In this document: positions 44,990 to 55,309 of the stretch, piece after piece
Position numbering within the stretch: position 1 is the stretch's first letter
Layout of the letters: every line of letters begins with the position of its first letter
Assembly (NCBI GenBank): GCA_016432365.1
Contig: CP066686.1
Span: forward strand, 64,355-128,354
Direction: 5' to 3'
Origin: Candidatus Woesebacteria bacterium
GTDB taxonomy: Bacteria > Patescibacteriota > Microgenomatia > UBA8517
Length of the DNA stretch: 64,000 nt
Program-made: the position numbers and the translations under genes
Notes under the pieces: generated by a model
Databases searched by the model: none
What the model was told of the DNA's origin: nothing
Seen by the model: the letters and a program-made list of their open reading frames with translations, nothing else

Positions 44990-46822
44990 TTGATGCTTGG
45001 TCTCGTTTCAAATTTCTCTCTTGTCTTCATATTAGTTACCCTTCTGTTTCTTAAGCTGATTGGGATCGATGTCTCGATTATTATTTTCAAGGTTGTTTCT
45101 GTGATTGCCTTAATTCCGGTCATAATTGCGTCGTTCAAATCATTAAAAAACAAGACCGTATCTGTTGATTTTTTAGCTGCGGTCGCTTTGATCTTTGCCT
45201 ATATCGCTGGAGAATGGTATTCGGCAGCGTTTATCAACCTCATGTTGGCTTCAGCAAGAATATTTGAAATCTGGACAGAGCGAAGATCGGAAAATCTGGT
45301 AAAGAGTCTTCTTAAATTCCGCCCCGAAAAAGTCAAAATTAAAAACGGAGACCAAATAGAAATAAAGGACATAAAAGATATTAAGGTTAACGACATTATG
45401 ATAATCGCCGCCGGGGAAAGAATTGCAGTTGACGCAATTGTAATTTCAGGACAAGCCAGTGTCGATGAATCAACATTAACAGGAGAAAGTGAACCTGTTG
45501 TTAAAAAAACCGGCAATCATATTTTTTCTTCCACTCTAAATACCTCCGGATCAATTTTGGCAAAAGCCGAGAAAGTCGCTGAGGAAAGTACTTTGGCAAA
45601 AATTATTTCTTTGGTTGAAAAATCGTCGCTAAAAAAATCAAAAACCGTAAGAATGGTCGATGCGTTTTCTCAATGGTATATCGTGGCCACCCTGGCCGGG
45701 GCCATTGTCCTTTATATTATTTCCAAGGACGTAAACTTTGTCCTGGCGATACTTCTTGTGGTTTGTGCCGACGATATTGCTGTCTCAATCCCATTAGCTT
45801 TCACAGTTGCTGTCTCGAAGGGAGCCCAAAATGGAATACTTATTAAAAGTTCTGACGTCTTGGAGCGAATAAGTAAAATTAATGTTTTTATTACCGACAA
45901 GACCGGGACTCTCACATTTGCAAAGCCCAGAGTCACGCAAGTCATAACATTCGGAAATTTTAAACGGCAAAAATTTCTTAAACTTCTCTCAGCTGCCGAA
46001 TCAAGTTCAACACATCCACTGTCCCGCCCAATTCTAGAATTCACCGAGAAAGAGGGAATAGTTACTCCCCCAGTAAGCGAATTTAGTGAAACCGCAGGAG
46101 AAGGAATGGAAGTTATGTTTGATAATGAAAAAATAATTGCCGGTAAGCTGGACTTTATCGAGAGGAAAGGAATAAAAATAGCAAAGGATGAACAAGTACA
46201 AGCAGATAAATTGAGTCGGTCCGGTTATTCCCTGGTCACTCTTGGGGTAGACGGAAAATTGGTTGGATTCGTCGTATTTGAAGACGAACCAAAGTCATAT
46301 ATAAAAAATGTTATAAAACGAACCAAGGAGTTGGGAGCGAATCTATGGATAATGCTAACCGGAGACAATGCTTCAGTTGCACAAAAAATTGCCGATTTCT
46401 GCGGAATCGATATTTTCGAAGCAAATCTGAAACCCGATGAAAAAGTCCGTTTTGTTGAAAAATATAAAGAAAAAAACAAAAACAAAGTAGTGGCCATGGT
46501 CGGAGACGGTGTAAACGATGCGGCGGCCCTGGCTATTGCCGACGTCAGTTTTGCGATGGGGGCAGTTGGAAGTGACGTTGCAATTAACGCAGCTGATGTG
46601 GCTCTCATGACTGACAATCTGGAGAGGATCCCTGAAGCAATGATTCTAGGACAAAAAACCAGGGCCATTGTTTATCAAAATTTCGCCATTTGGGGAATAA
46701 CAAATATAATTGGTCTGAGTTTGGTGGCCGTAGGAGTGTTTGAACCTACGGGGGCCGCAACTTACAACTTTTTAACCGATTTTATCCCCATATTTAATGC
46801 TTTGAGGATGAGTAGAGCGTGA
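44990..46822 (+). CDS. P-type cation-transporting ATPase (P1B-like, no N-terminal metal-binding domain)
   Basis: It has DKTGTLT (phosphorylation site), GDGVNDAAAL and TGES. The TM6 region reads VCADD instead of the usual CPC. Confidence 0.8.
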   Translation: MMLGLVSNFSLVFILVTLLFLKLIGIDVSIIIFKVVSVIALIPVIIASFKSLKNKTVSVDFLAAVALIFAYIAGEWYSAAFINLMLASARIFEIWTERRSENLVKSLLKFRPEKVKIKNGDQIEIKDIKDIKVNDIMIIAAGERIAVDAIVISGQASVDESTLTGESEPVVKKTGNHIFSSTLNTSGSILAKAEKVAEESTLAKIISLVEKSSLKKSKTVRMVDAFSQWYIVATLAGAIVLYIISKDVNFVLAILLVVCADDIAVSIPLAFTVAVSKGAQNGILIKSSDVLERISKINVFITDKTGTLTFAKPRVTQVITFGNFKRQKFLKLLSAAESSSTHPLSRPILEFTEKEGIVTPPVSEFSETAGEGMEVMFDNEKIIAGKLDFIERKGIKIAKDEQVQADKLSRSGYSLVTLGVDGKLVGFVVFEDEPKSYIKNVIKRTKELGANLWIMLTGDNASVAQKIADFCGIDIFEANLKPDEKVRFVEKYKEKNKNKVVAMVGDGVNDAAALAIADVSFAMGAVGSDVAINAADVALMTDNLERIPEAMILGQKTRAIVYQNFAIWGITNIIGLSLVAVGVFEPTGAATYNFLTDFIPIFNALRMSRA

Positions 46823-46849
46823 GCCTTTACCGTGGTATAATCCTCCGTT

Positions 46850-47320
46850 ATGCCATTTCCGGAACGAATCCGCCGTGAAGAAAAACTTGCAGCTTTTACT
46901 TGTGCTGCGTGCAACAAAAAGTTCAGCTCCCCTGACGAGGGTGAACTGCACTCAAAGACAGGCCTCCATTTGGTTAAAGACAAGAGGTCAAAAAAATCCA
47001 GATTCAAAGTCACCTCAGCCCCTGAAGGACACTCTATTCTGAAAGGAAAGACTATAAGCAGAGCTTCATTTATCAGCCATGAAGATAAAGACAACGACTC
47101 GGTTTGTCTTTGTAAGAATTGCCATACCGAGGTTCATAGACTGGCCTTAGCTGAAGCCAAAACAAGGGGAAACTTCCCGGGGAATGCCACTCCACCACAA
47201 ATATTAGAAGAGGTTACACAAGGTTTTATCGAAAAAAGGAGACAAACAGTTGACCCTATGCCAAAAATCGAGTTGGCCAAAATTCATCTTCCAATGCCTG
47301 AATTAACCAAAATTGTATAA
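46850..47320 (+). CDS. HNH-endonuclease-like zinc-finger protein
   Basis: It has CAACNKKF...ELHSKTGLH...CLCKNCHTEVHR, the CxxC...H...H...CxxCH pattern of HNH nucleases. GC is somewhat elevated. Confidence 0.4.
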   Translation: MPFPERIRREEKLAAFTCAACNKKFSSPDEGELHSKTGLHLVKDKRSKKSRFKVTSAPEGHSILKGKTISRASFISHEDKDNDSVCLCKNCHTEVHRLALAEAKTRGNFPGNATPPQILEEVTQGFIEKRRQTVDPMPKIELAKIHLPMPELTKIV

Positions 47321-47542
47321 CGGTACTTATTTACCAAAACAGTGATCATGAGTTATAATTCCACGTTATGCACGCTTGGGAAAAAATTCTAGAGATTGTT
47401 TACCGCGAACTGGGTGAGAGCGTTGGCAAGGTGTTTATGGACTTCTACAATGGTTTTCCAATAAACGAACAATATACTGGTGCAGTTGAGCTGCTTTCGA
47501 AAACTCTAGGGCCTGAGGCAGCTAAAGAACTATTGAAAGATG

Positions 47543-48109
47543 TTATTTAACTCTTCCCAAATATTCTCCTGAGGTTGTATCTATTAAAACTTTCTCTCCG
47601 GTTTTGATGAATATGGGAACCATTGCCTCTGCTCCGGTTTCCAACTTTACGGTCTTTTTGGGAGCGTTGATCCTGTTTCCTGCCACATCATTCGGAGATT
47701 CAATAACTTTCAAAACCACATTTGGTGGAAGTCCAACCCCAATTGCTTTGTCTTTATACCAAAGAACCCAACATTTTAGGTTTGGAATAAGGTAACCAAC
47801 TTGGTCTTCAATTAAACTCATGGGGACTTCGGCCTGATCAAAAGTTTTAGAGTTCATAAAGAAGAGGTCGTCCCCCGAGCGGTACAGAAACTCCATTTCG
47901 CGCTTTTCAACGTCAGCCACTTCCACTTGTTCGTTAGTTTTATAAGTAAACTCAAGCGCCGCACCGTTTTCTATGCTTCTATATTTAACACGCATGACAG
48001 CGCTCCCCTTTCCGGGTGACATAAACTCCGTTTTTGTGACCAAATGCGGTTTGTCCTTAAAAATTAAGTACATTCCTTTGGTGATATTGCCGGCGTTAAC
48101 TGTGATCAT
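47543..48109 (-). CDS. efp: Elongation factor P
   Basis: The track ORF is 47543..48238, but the true start is at the internal Met (MITVNAGNITKGMYLIFKDKPHLV...) at 48109. The motif KPGKGSAVMRVKYRS contains the modifiable Lys, and the three OB/KOW-like domains are present. Confidence 0.85.
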   Translation of the reverse strand: MITVNAGNITKGMYLIFKDKPHLVTKTEFMSPGKGSAVMRVKYRSIENGAALEFTYKTNEQVEVADVEKREMEFLYRSGDDLFFMNSKTFDQAEVPMSLIEDQVGYLIPNLKCWVLWYKDKAIGVGLPPNVVLKVIESPNDVAGNRINAPKKTVKLETGAEAMVPIFIKTGEKVLIDTTSGEYLGRVK

Positions 48110-48217
48110 ATGAATAGCTAAGAGCTGAAAGCGAAGAGCTAAGAACTTTAGCTTCAGTATTATACCCCTGGGCCTGTAGTCTTGACAAGCGGGAGAAGAA
48201 AAAAGTAAATTGATCTC

Positions 48218-48520
48218 GTGGAAGTTCACGAAAGTCAACCCAAGCCAATTAACGGTTTTCTTATATTAAACAGTAAACACAAGTTTTTGGAACACAACAA
48301 CCTTACATGGTTTGACCATGGAGGAAACTATCGTGATGCTTATGTTTACACCCGGGAAGAACTCGATGACATTTTGGAAAGATCAAGGGTAGATGATTGG
48401 AAAATCAAACCCACCGATGTGATTGAAGCAACGTTTGATCCTTCAAGTGGAGTAACAGCTCACGAACACAATGGAAAAATGACAATTCCCATATCAGAAC
48501 TTCCCCCGCTTAAAAAATAG
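48218..48520 (+). CDS. Hypothetical protein (100 aa)
   Basis: An ORF between efp and epmA on the opposite strand; unassigned. Confidence 0.3.
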   Translation: MEVHESQPKPINGFLILNSKHKFLEHNNLTWFDHGGNYRDAYVYTREELDDILERSRVDDWKIKPTDVIEATFDPSSGVTAHEHNGKMTIPISELPPLKK

Positions 48521-48537
48521 TTACTCAAAATTACAAT

Positions 48538-49632
48538 CTACAGATCAAACAATTCATTATCGGAGAAAAAAATTGTATCAGAGACGTTGGGAACATCCGC
48601 AGCAAGCATAACCAGCCTATCAACCCCAACGGCAATTCCGGACGACATTGGCATTCCGCTTTTGAGCGCGTCAACAAAATCTTCATCAATAGGGAAATCG
48701 GTTTTGCCCAGCTTTTTTCTTTCAGCTAAATCTGCCTCGAACCTTTTATGCTGCGCCTCAGCATCAGTTAATTCGCTAAAACAATTTCCAAGTTCCACCC
48801 CAGCCAAAAACACTTCAAATCGTTCCGCAAACCTTGGGTCTTCTTTCTTGGGTCGGCTTAAGGATGCCTGGGCCAGTGGATAATCATAAATAAATGTAGG
48901 CTTATGAGAATCTCTTATTTTAGTTTCGATCTCATTCAAAAATATTTGATAAAACATCTGTTCCCAAGTCGTATTTTCCTTGTCCGCCAAAGCCTTGGCG
49001 TCGGCGGGTTCAACAACATATCCCTTGGCTCGCCCAGCATTCAGTAATTTTTCTTCGGAAAGAAGTGTTTCAATGTCAATTCCTGCAAATTTTTCAAACG
49101 CTTCCGCCACTGTTATTCTCGGCCAAGGAAGAGACAAATCATATTCCTGCCCTTGATACACCATTTTTTCTTTACCAACTATTTCCAAAAATAAGTGTTC
49201 AAAATCCTTCATTGTGTCCTTATAATCGGCATTAACTCTATACCACTCAAGTATGGTAAATTCGGGAGAATGAAGTCGGCTTACTTCTTCTTCATTACGA
49301 AACGAGTGTGTTATCTCGAATAAACTCCCCACCCCGGCAGCAAGCAGTCTTTTGTGCGCATATTCCGGAGAAGATATCAAAAACGCTCTTTTTTGTTTTC
49401 CGGTTGATGTCCTCAACTGAGTCTCAAACACCTCCAAATTGGGTTCTATTGAAGGAACAGGAACCATAACCGGCGTAAAAACTTCATGAAACCCTTCCTT
49501 TTTGAAAAAGTCACGTATGGTTTGTATTACTTTTTCTCGAACAAAATAGTTTTTTAATAAATCAGGATTTTTTTTGATTTTCTGCCAAGTTTTGTCCATT
49601 TTCAGTGTGATTTTAGCACATGAATCACCCAC
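48538..49632 (-). CDS. epmA: EF-P lysine aminoacylase EpmA (PoxA/GenX; class II LysRS catalytic-domain paralog)
   Basis: It has class II aaRS motifs (FHEVFTPVM, SFRNEE, GNCFSELTD, GIAVGVDRLVMLAA) and lacks an anticodon-binding domain; length is 364 aa. It lies next to efp. Confidence 0.7.
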   Translation of the reverse strand: MGDSCAKITLKMDKTWQKIKKNPDLLKNYFVREKVIQTIRDFFKKEGFHEVFTPVMVPVPSIEPNLEVFETQLRTSTGKQKRAFLISSPEYAHKRLLAAGVGSLFEITHSFRNEEEVSRLHSPEFTILEWYRVNADYKDTMKDFEHLFLEIVGKEKMVYQGQEYDLSLPWPRITVAEAFEKFAGIDIETLLSEEKLLNAGRAKGYVVEPADAKALADKENTTWEQMFYQIFLNEIETKIRDSHKPTFIYDYPLAQASLSRPKKEDPRFAERFEVFLAGVELGNCFSELTDAEAQHKRFEADLAERKKLGKTDFPIDEDFVDALKSGMPMSSGIAVGVDRLVMLAADVPNVSDTIFFSDNELFDL

Positions 49633-49667
49633 CCGCTCAAAAAAATGTTAATATTCACTAGACAAAA

Positions 49668-50819
49668 ATGAAAAGATCAAGAACTATAGATATTTTTTTA
49701 CTAATATCAGTCGGCGTCTTGATAAGGTTTGGGCTTTTTAAATTGCTGGGAGAGGAAATAAACACATTCACGAGACTTTTTGGAACTGTCTCAATCTTAG
49801 TTGTTGGAGCCTTAGTTCTAAAGGGATGCGCCGAAGTAATAGAAGAGACAACAGATATCTTGTCCCGCAGAACCAAACTTGCCGGAGGTTTTTTGCAGTC
49901 TATCGGCACCGCCTTTCCGGATATGGCAATCGGAATCGTCGCTGCTTTGGTAAGTTTACAACTACGCCATACTGATTATGCCTTAGCCGTATCGTTTGCC
50001 ATTATTGCCGCCGCTACCACCTTCGGCTCAAATATTTATAATATTGCCCATGCTGCATGGTGTATTTTCCGGCAAAATCTGGCAAACAACCTAAACCGGG
50101 ATGTGTTGATGTTTCCTCCTTTTGTAAAAGGAGGGACAGTCAGACCGCTCAAAAATCATATAGCTAAGCCAACTTCTAAAGAAATCGATACTTCAATCGA
50201 TATTTTAAATGCCCTGACGATAATTACTGCAATAGTAGCAATTTCCATGGTTCTTTTTGGAAAAGTCGCATCTCCCCCGGAGGGAATGGCGGGCGACCTT
50301 TACCAGCTCATTCGCCCTGTGGGTTTTGTTGTATTCTTTTTGTCTGCTCTGGTTGTGTTCTATTTTAGAAAAACCCAAAGAGCAATAACCAGTGACGAAG
50401 AAAGAGTTCACGAAAAAATGTACTACTCAGGTAAATCAAATTTGCTTATATCTTCCCACCTGATTCTTTCCGGAGTTTCTATCCTTTTGGCGGCAGAAAG
50501 TATGGTTCACGCCGTCCAGGTATTTTGCGAGATTACCAACTTGCCAACTGTCGTTGCCGGTGTTTTTGCGGGGCTTATTGGCTGCTTGGGGGAAATGTTG
50601 GTTGTCCACAACTACTCAATAAGTCCGAAGGGTAGAATTGCGGACGCAATAGTCGGAGTTGGTATGGATAATATAGTTACAACTATCGGAGCCTCAATTG
50701 TAGCAATAATGGGAGGGATTTTCCTTGGAGGAAACGCCTTAATTCTCATTTTCGTTATCATTTTAGCCCTAAATACATCACTAATTTGGCAAATCTCCCG
50801 CCTCAAAAACTTTCTTTAA
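49668..50819 (+). CDS. Integral membrane protein, Ca2+/cation antiporter (CaCA)-like
   Basis: It has ~10 TM helices and two alpha-repeat-like motifs (GTAFPDMAIG; GASIVAIMGG). Confidence 0.4.
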   Translation: MKRSRTIDIFLLISVGVLIRFGLFKLLGEEINTFTRLFGTVSILVVGALVLKGCAEVIEETTDILSRRTKLAGGFLQSIGTAFPDMAIGIVAALVSLQLRHTDYALAVSFAIIAAATTFGSNIYNIAHAAWCIFRQNLANNLNRDVLMFPPFVKGGTVRPLKNHIAKPTSKEIDTSIDILNALTIITAIVAISMVLFGKVASPPEGMAGDLYQLIRPVGFVVFFLSALVVFYFRKTQRAITSDEERVHEKMYYSGKSNLLISSHLILSGVSILLAAESMVHAVQVFCEITNLPTVVAGVFAGLIGCLGEMLVVHNYSISPKGRIADAIVGVGMDNIVTTIGASIVAIMGGIFLGGNALILIFVIILALNTSLIWQISRLKNFL

Positions 50820-50875
50820 TTTAACTTGGCAGCAATCTTGACATAGCTAAATGTGATCTATATACTACAGGACTT

Positions 50876-51586
50876 ATGACGGCCGAAGCAGTAAATATCA
50901 ACGATGCACTCGTCCAAGAACAAACAGCTTTAAAGGCTGCTGTGGACGGTGGAAATTGGGAGGCTCTGACAGCCGAAGCTTTTCCAATCTTTTCGAGTAA
51001 GCAACCCAGACCTTTTTACCTGGCCAGATATGGAATGATTAATGCTGAAATACAAAGTCTAAGCCAAGGCCCGGCAGTCGGACTCATGGATGAGGCTTCT
51101 CAAAGTACACTCCGTGGTAGAATGATTGAGCTAGGGGCGGCCGCGTCAGAAACCATCAAGCTCCTCTACCCCAATGTTAAGCCGGTCCCTCAAGAAACGT
51201 TTCCCGTAACCCCAGACACAATCGAGACTATTGAGGCTTTTGTAGCTAACGGAGCAATTGACCAACTGAATGAGGAGTCGATTCCGGGATGGGACAACCT
51301 GGCTGCAGATCAAAGGCTTCTTTACCGGCTCAGCGCACTACAAACATATTATGACAAATGGCAAGATAGCGCCAATAACGATTCTTTGAACGAAATTGCC
51401 CCTCTTGGATTTACCTCAACTCCAGACAGTCTCGTTCGCCGGGTTAAAAACGTAACTGAGGTTGTTCAAGAAAAAATAATTGAAAGACATCTGACCGAGT
51501 GGCTTAAAGAAGCGGAGGAACTAGGTCTAAATGATAACCCGACCGTCCAAACCGCCAAAAAGCTTCTAGACTCAAAAAATAAATAA
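50876..51586 (+). CDS. Hypothetical protein (236 aa)
   Basis: An ORF that is unassigned. Confidence 0.4.
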   Translation: MTAEAVNINDALVQEQTALKAAVDGGNWEALTAEAFPIFSSKQPRPFYLARYGMINAEIQSLSQGPAVGLMDEASQSTLRGRMIELGAAASETIKLLYPNVKPVPQETFPVTPDTIETIEAFVANGAIDQLNEESIPGWDNLAADQRLLYRLSALQTYYDKWQDSANNDSLNEIAPLGFTSTPDSLVRRVKNVTEVVQEKIIERHLTEWLKEAEELGLNDNPTVQTAKKLLDSKNK

Positions 51587-51587
51587 A

Positions 51588-53069
51588 ATGGAAAGATTAC
51601 ACGGACAAAAATCGTATGAACAAGAATTGAGAAACGAGCTCAAAAACCCTGCCTTTAAAGAGGTTTTTGGGTATCGAAACGGATATCTCGTCCTGAATCC
51701 CATAGAGGGTTACAGAAAAAATGAGATCAGGATGGTCGACCTTCTCAATAAATATGGAGAAGGAGGAGCTATTCAAGTAACCGATCTTGGAATGATAAAA
51801 AAACGTGCCCATCAGCTAAAAGAAATTTTATGGAAAAGCGCGGATTCTGTCGGTTATCCCAAAAACAAAATACAACCCCACCACGCTTTCAAAGTAAACA
51901 TTAAAGGCCCTAACATTTTGTCCGCTCTCTCAGAATTGGAAGCTGAAACAAGTTGGGAATTTGATCTTTTTAATGTTCAAAAGATGAGGCGCAGAGGTTA
52001 TGTTCGTGAAGACATTAAGGTTGTGAGCAATGGTTTCATATTCGATTGGAAGCAGGGAAAAGACCCGAGTTATGCACGTAGGATAATTGATGCCCACAAC
52101 GAAGGAATTGATATTACTCCGATTTTGGGACCGCACATGCTTCCATACTTTCAGAAAAATGTGAACAAAGGTGTATTAAGCGTAGGCCTGAGGTTAAAAT
52201 TCGGTCAGGTGTCGAGCGACGCCGAGCTGGAAAAATTGGTATCCCGATTCGGATTCGGATGGACTGATTTACAAAAAGAGGCACAACTTATAAAAAATTC
52301 GCGGAATGTTGAATTTACCATGCTCCACGCAATGATCACGGCAGCACACACGATTGAGCCCCAGGCAATGGCCAAAAGTGCCCTGTTTGCGGCCGAAAAA
52401 TGGGCTCAACTCAAAAAAGTTCACCCGAGTTTGACTCATCTTAATTTTGGCGGAGGTTTCCCCACAATAGACAGTGGATTTGACCATGATGCCTTCCTGA
52501 AAATTTATTTTTCCGGAATAACGGAAATATGCATGCGTTATGGAGTAGATTTACCTACCGTAGTCATAGAAAGTGGAAGTTTTGTGGCAGCAGACACTGA
52601 ACACTTGATATACCCTGTCGTAGACACATATAAAAATAGTTCAAACCCCTACACAGAAGTGAATGTTACCAATACAATTATGGATTTGGCGGATATATGG
52701 GTACAGGAAGACCCTTTCACCTTTGTAGCTATCGATCATGCTAATGATGCCCCAATTCAGGTACGTTTAGGGGACACCACCTGTGATTCAAACTGCACCT
52801 ACCCACCCAAAAACCAACCTGACAGGTATATATCCATGCCGGAAAACACTAGCGCAGTTGTTGCTATTATGGTTGGAGCATATCAAGACGTTTTGGGAAC
52901 GATCGCCGCTCAAGGTGAGGCAAAAAGTGTCGAACACTGCGGCCTTAGAACTCCAAAGCAAGTTTATATTACAGAAACAGGACAGATATGGACCAATACT
53001 TTGCCTTCCATGGAAGAAATGAGCAATATTGCAGGTTATAACGACAAAATGCTCTCTTTGGTGAAGTAA
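51588..53069 (+). CDS. PLP-dependent decarboxylase-like (alanine-racemase fold; Orn/DAP/Arg decarboxylase family)
   Basis: It has AFKVN (PLP-Lys-like), NFGGGFPT and a C-terminal CDS-type motif; length is 493 aa. Confidence 0.45.
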   Translation: MERLHGQKSYEQELRNELKNPAFKEVFGYRNGYLVLNPIEGYRKNEIRMVDLLNKYGEGGAIQVTDLGMIKKRAHQLKEILWKSADSVGYPKNKIQPHHAFKVNIKGPNILSALSELEAETSWEFDLFNVQKMRRRGYVREDIKVVSNGFIFDWKQGKDPSYARRIIDAHNEGIDITPILGPHMLPYFQKNVNKGVLSVGLRLKFGQVSSDAELEKLVSRFGFGWTDLQKEAQLIKNSRNVEFTMLHAMITAAHTIEPQAMAKSALFAAEKWAQLKKVHPSLTHLNFGGGFPTIDSGFDHDAFLKIYFSGITEICMRYGVDLPTVVIESGSFVAADTEHLIYPVVDTYKNSSNPYTEVNVTNTIMDLADIWVQEDPFTFVAIDHANDAPIQVRLGDTTCDSNCTYPPKNQPDRYISMPENTSAVVAIMVGAYQDVLGTIAAQGEAKSVEHCGLRTPKQVYITETGQIWTNTLPSMEEMSNIAGYNDKMLSLVK

Positions 53070-53333
53070 AATTCTACTGTTACAATCAAACCTATAGGTT
53101 TGACATTCGCCTTCACTTGATATAAAATCTCCCGGCAAATTAACCCTCCCTGGTTATTTGGACTTTTTGTTCTTTAACAAAATCTACAGACACCACATCC
53201 ATGAATTGAGTTCCAAACTGTGGTGTATGCTCAAGAAATCACTTAGTCCAACTTTTCAATAAAAAGAAGTGATTTCTTTATCTGTTTAATTGACCAAAAA
53301 CCAGGCCTACTTTTCATTCAAAGGAGAAAGAAA

Positions 53334-55223
53334 ATGGCAAATCCTCGTTTTAATGGCGTCAGGCCACCGTCTCGACCTGTCAGATTACCGCTTCCGACAG
53401 AAGCTGCGCAGCCACAGCGAAACCAGCGCCCCCCGCTTCGACCAGCTTTTGTGGCCGGTATTGTGTTCGTCGTGTTGTGCCTGCTCGTGAGCTCAGTCGG
53501 CTCGTACATTTGGTTTAACCGACCGAGTCAGCCAACCGAGCCTACCCCGACAGGACAGTCAGGTGGATTTGAACAGCCTACATCGGTCTTCGTTCCCGGT
53601 TCTTCGCCGACCCAAATCGCGATTCCTACTGGACCAAAAGCGCCAGTCACGATTGGATTTGTTTACTATGTCGGATATTACGAAGTGCCCTTGATGGCGC
53701 GCCTGAACAATCCCTACTATCAGGCAGTTCCTGTTCCGTTCGAATTCCAGGCAGAAGAAAACGGTGCGATACTGACTAAGGGTTCCGAATCCGAACAAAT
53801 CGAGATGCTTCGCAACGGCGAGATCGACATCTTGCTTACAACCAGCGATGTACTGGCCAGATACCCGACCATCGGAAAAGGTGTTGTCGTTTGGGATCGT
53901 AGCCATGGTGTTGACCAAATTTGGCTTTCGAATAATGGTCGCACACAAAGCTGTGCCGGACGCCCACTCAAAATCTTTAACGATCTTGGTGCAAAATACG
54001 ACACGAGCGGCGCCATGATGCAATCGCCCTGCGTTATAGCAGTGGTATTCAACTCTGTAAGCGAATACTACGCCCTGAGCTACACCAAAATCACCGGTAT
54101 GACCAAAAACGACATTACCTTCGCTTACTACGATACAGCGGCAGAAGCTGTAGCTGCTTTCAACAATGGCGAAGCCGATGCCGTTGCTTGTTGGGAACCT
54201 GACTGCCAAAGTGCCAACGATGGCAAATCTTTTAAACTGACAAGCACCATTGACCTGCACACGATTTATGACGTCATCTTGGTTTCACGTCAAGCCGACC
54301 AAAACAAGAAACCGTTGGTAATCGAAGCTTTGGCCGACCTCTTTGCTGTACGCAACATGTTCCTTGCAGACCCAGAAGGTACGGCAGAACTTGTTGCTCA
54401 GTGGCAATTCACGGCGCCGACGGAACCTACCAGTTGGTGGCTTGGCCCAACAGACGGTGCCACCTACTCTACAAACTGGTGGACTGGTGTCTCCTCCGGT
54501 ACGGCCTACGATGATATGCAGTACTGGGGCTTGGGTGGAATTGCGCAGGCTAAGTTTGACCACAACCTTGTTTATCTTTCAAGTCCTGATCTGTGGTGGG
54601 ATAACCTTGAACTTGAACGCAAAGTCTGGGAATGGGGCGGCGCACAACTGGAAACACCATTCGATCCTAAAACAATGGTTGATACGTCTTACTTGCAAGC
54701 GCTTTCCGGTCGCAAAAATCTGTATGCGCCCAAAGGCATGTCTTTCTTAGACAACACCTTCTCACCGTTCCCGCCCGAGGCGGCACTGCTACCGGAGACA
54801 ACTCGTGTTATTGCCGAATATGCATGTCCAAATGTATTTTTTGGCCCTAACGCAACCACCATCCCTCAAGGAAGTGTGCAACAACCGAATCCTCAATACG
54901 TGGCCTTTGTCGACTGTGTCAAAACATTGATTCAGGTCATGAATGAGGCCGATGTCCGTATTGAGATCGTCGGTTCTGCCGCTAACCCTGATCCAGCGAT
55001 CTTTGGATCACTCTACGCTCATTGCGGCGAGCTCACGGATGACGACTACTGTTTGAAAATCGCAAAAGGGCGAGCAAATTGGGCCTGGAACGAGCTTGTG
55101 AATCTGAGTTTTGATATGACTCGCGTCACGATGTCTACCGAAGTTGGACCACGCACAAGCAGTCAAAGTGTGATGTCCGACAGCCGGTTCATCATTATCA
55201 GAATCCTGGCTGCAGGTTCCTAA
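53334..55223 (+). CDS. Membrane-anchored protein with an NMT1/SsuA-type substrate-binding-like domain plus a large C-terminal domain; GC-rich, first gene of the island
   Basis: It has a strong SD (AAAGGAGAAAGAAAATG), a Pro-rich N-terminus with a TM helix, then IGFVYYVGYYEVPLMARL...GEIDILLTTSDVLA (SBP-like). GC is ~55% against a ~38% background. Confidence 0.5.
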   Translation: MANPRFNGVRPPSRPVRLPLPTEAAQPQRNQRPPLRPAFVAGIVFVVLCLLVSSVGSYIWFNRPSQPTEPTPTGQSGGFEQPTSVFVPGSSPTQIAIPTGPKAPVTIGFVYYVGYYEVPLMARLNNPYYQAVPVPFEFQAEENGAILTKGSESEQIEMLRNGEIDILLTTSDVLARYPTIGKGVVVWDRSHGVDQIWLSNNGRTQSCAGRPLKIFNDLGAKYDTSGAMMQSPCVIAVVFNSVSEYYALSYTKITGMTKNDITFAYYDTAAEAVAAFNNGEADAVACWEPDCQSANDGKSFKLTSTIDLHTIYDVILVSRQADQNKKPLVIEALADLFAVRNMFLADPEGTAELVAQWQFTAPTEPTSWWLGPTDGATYSTNWWTGVSSGTAYDDMQYWGLGGIAQAKFDHNLVYLSSPDLWWDNLELERKVWEWGGAQLETPFDPKTMVDTSYLQALSGRKNLYAPKGMSFLDNTFSPFPPEAALLPETTRVIAEYACPNVFFGPNATTIPQGSVQQPNPQYVAFVDCVKTLIQVMNEADVRIEIVGSAANPDPAIFGSLYAHCGELTDDDYCLKIAKGRANWAWNELVNLSFDMTRVTMSTEVGPRTSSQSVMSDSRFIIIRILAAGS

Positions 55224-55309
55224 GTTCTAGGATAGATTTGAAGTAAGTTATGCCGGTACGGTTAACGTTGACACAAAGTCAGCAACAACCGTACCGGCAA
55301 TTTTTTTGG

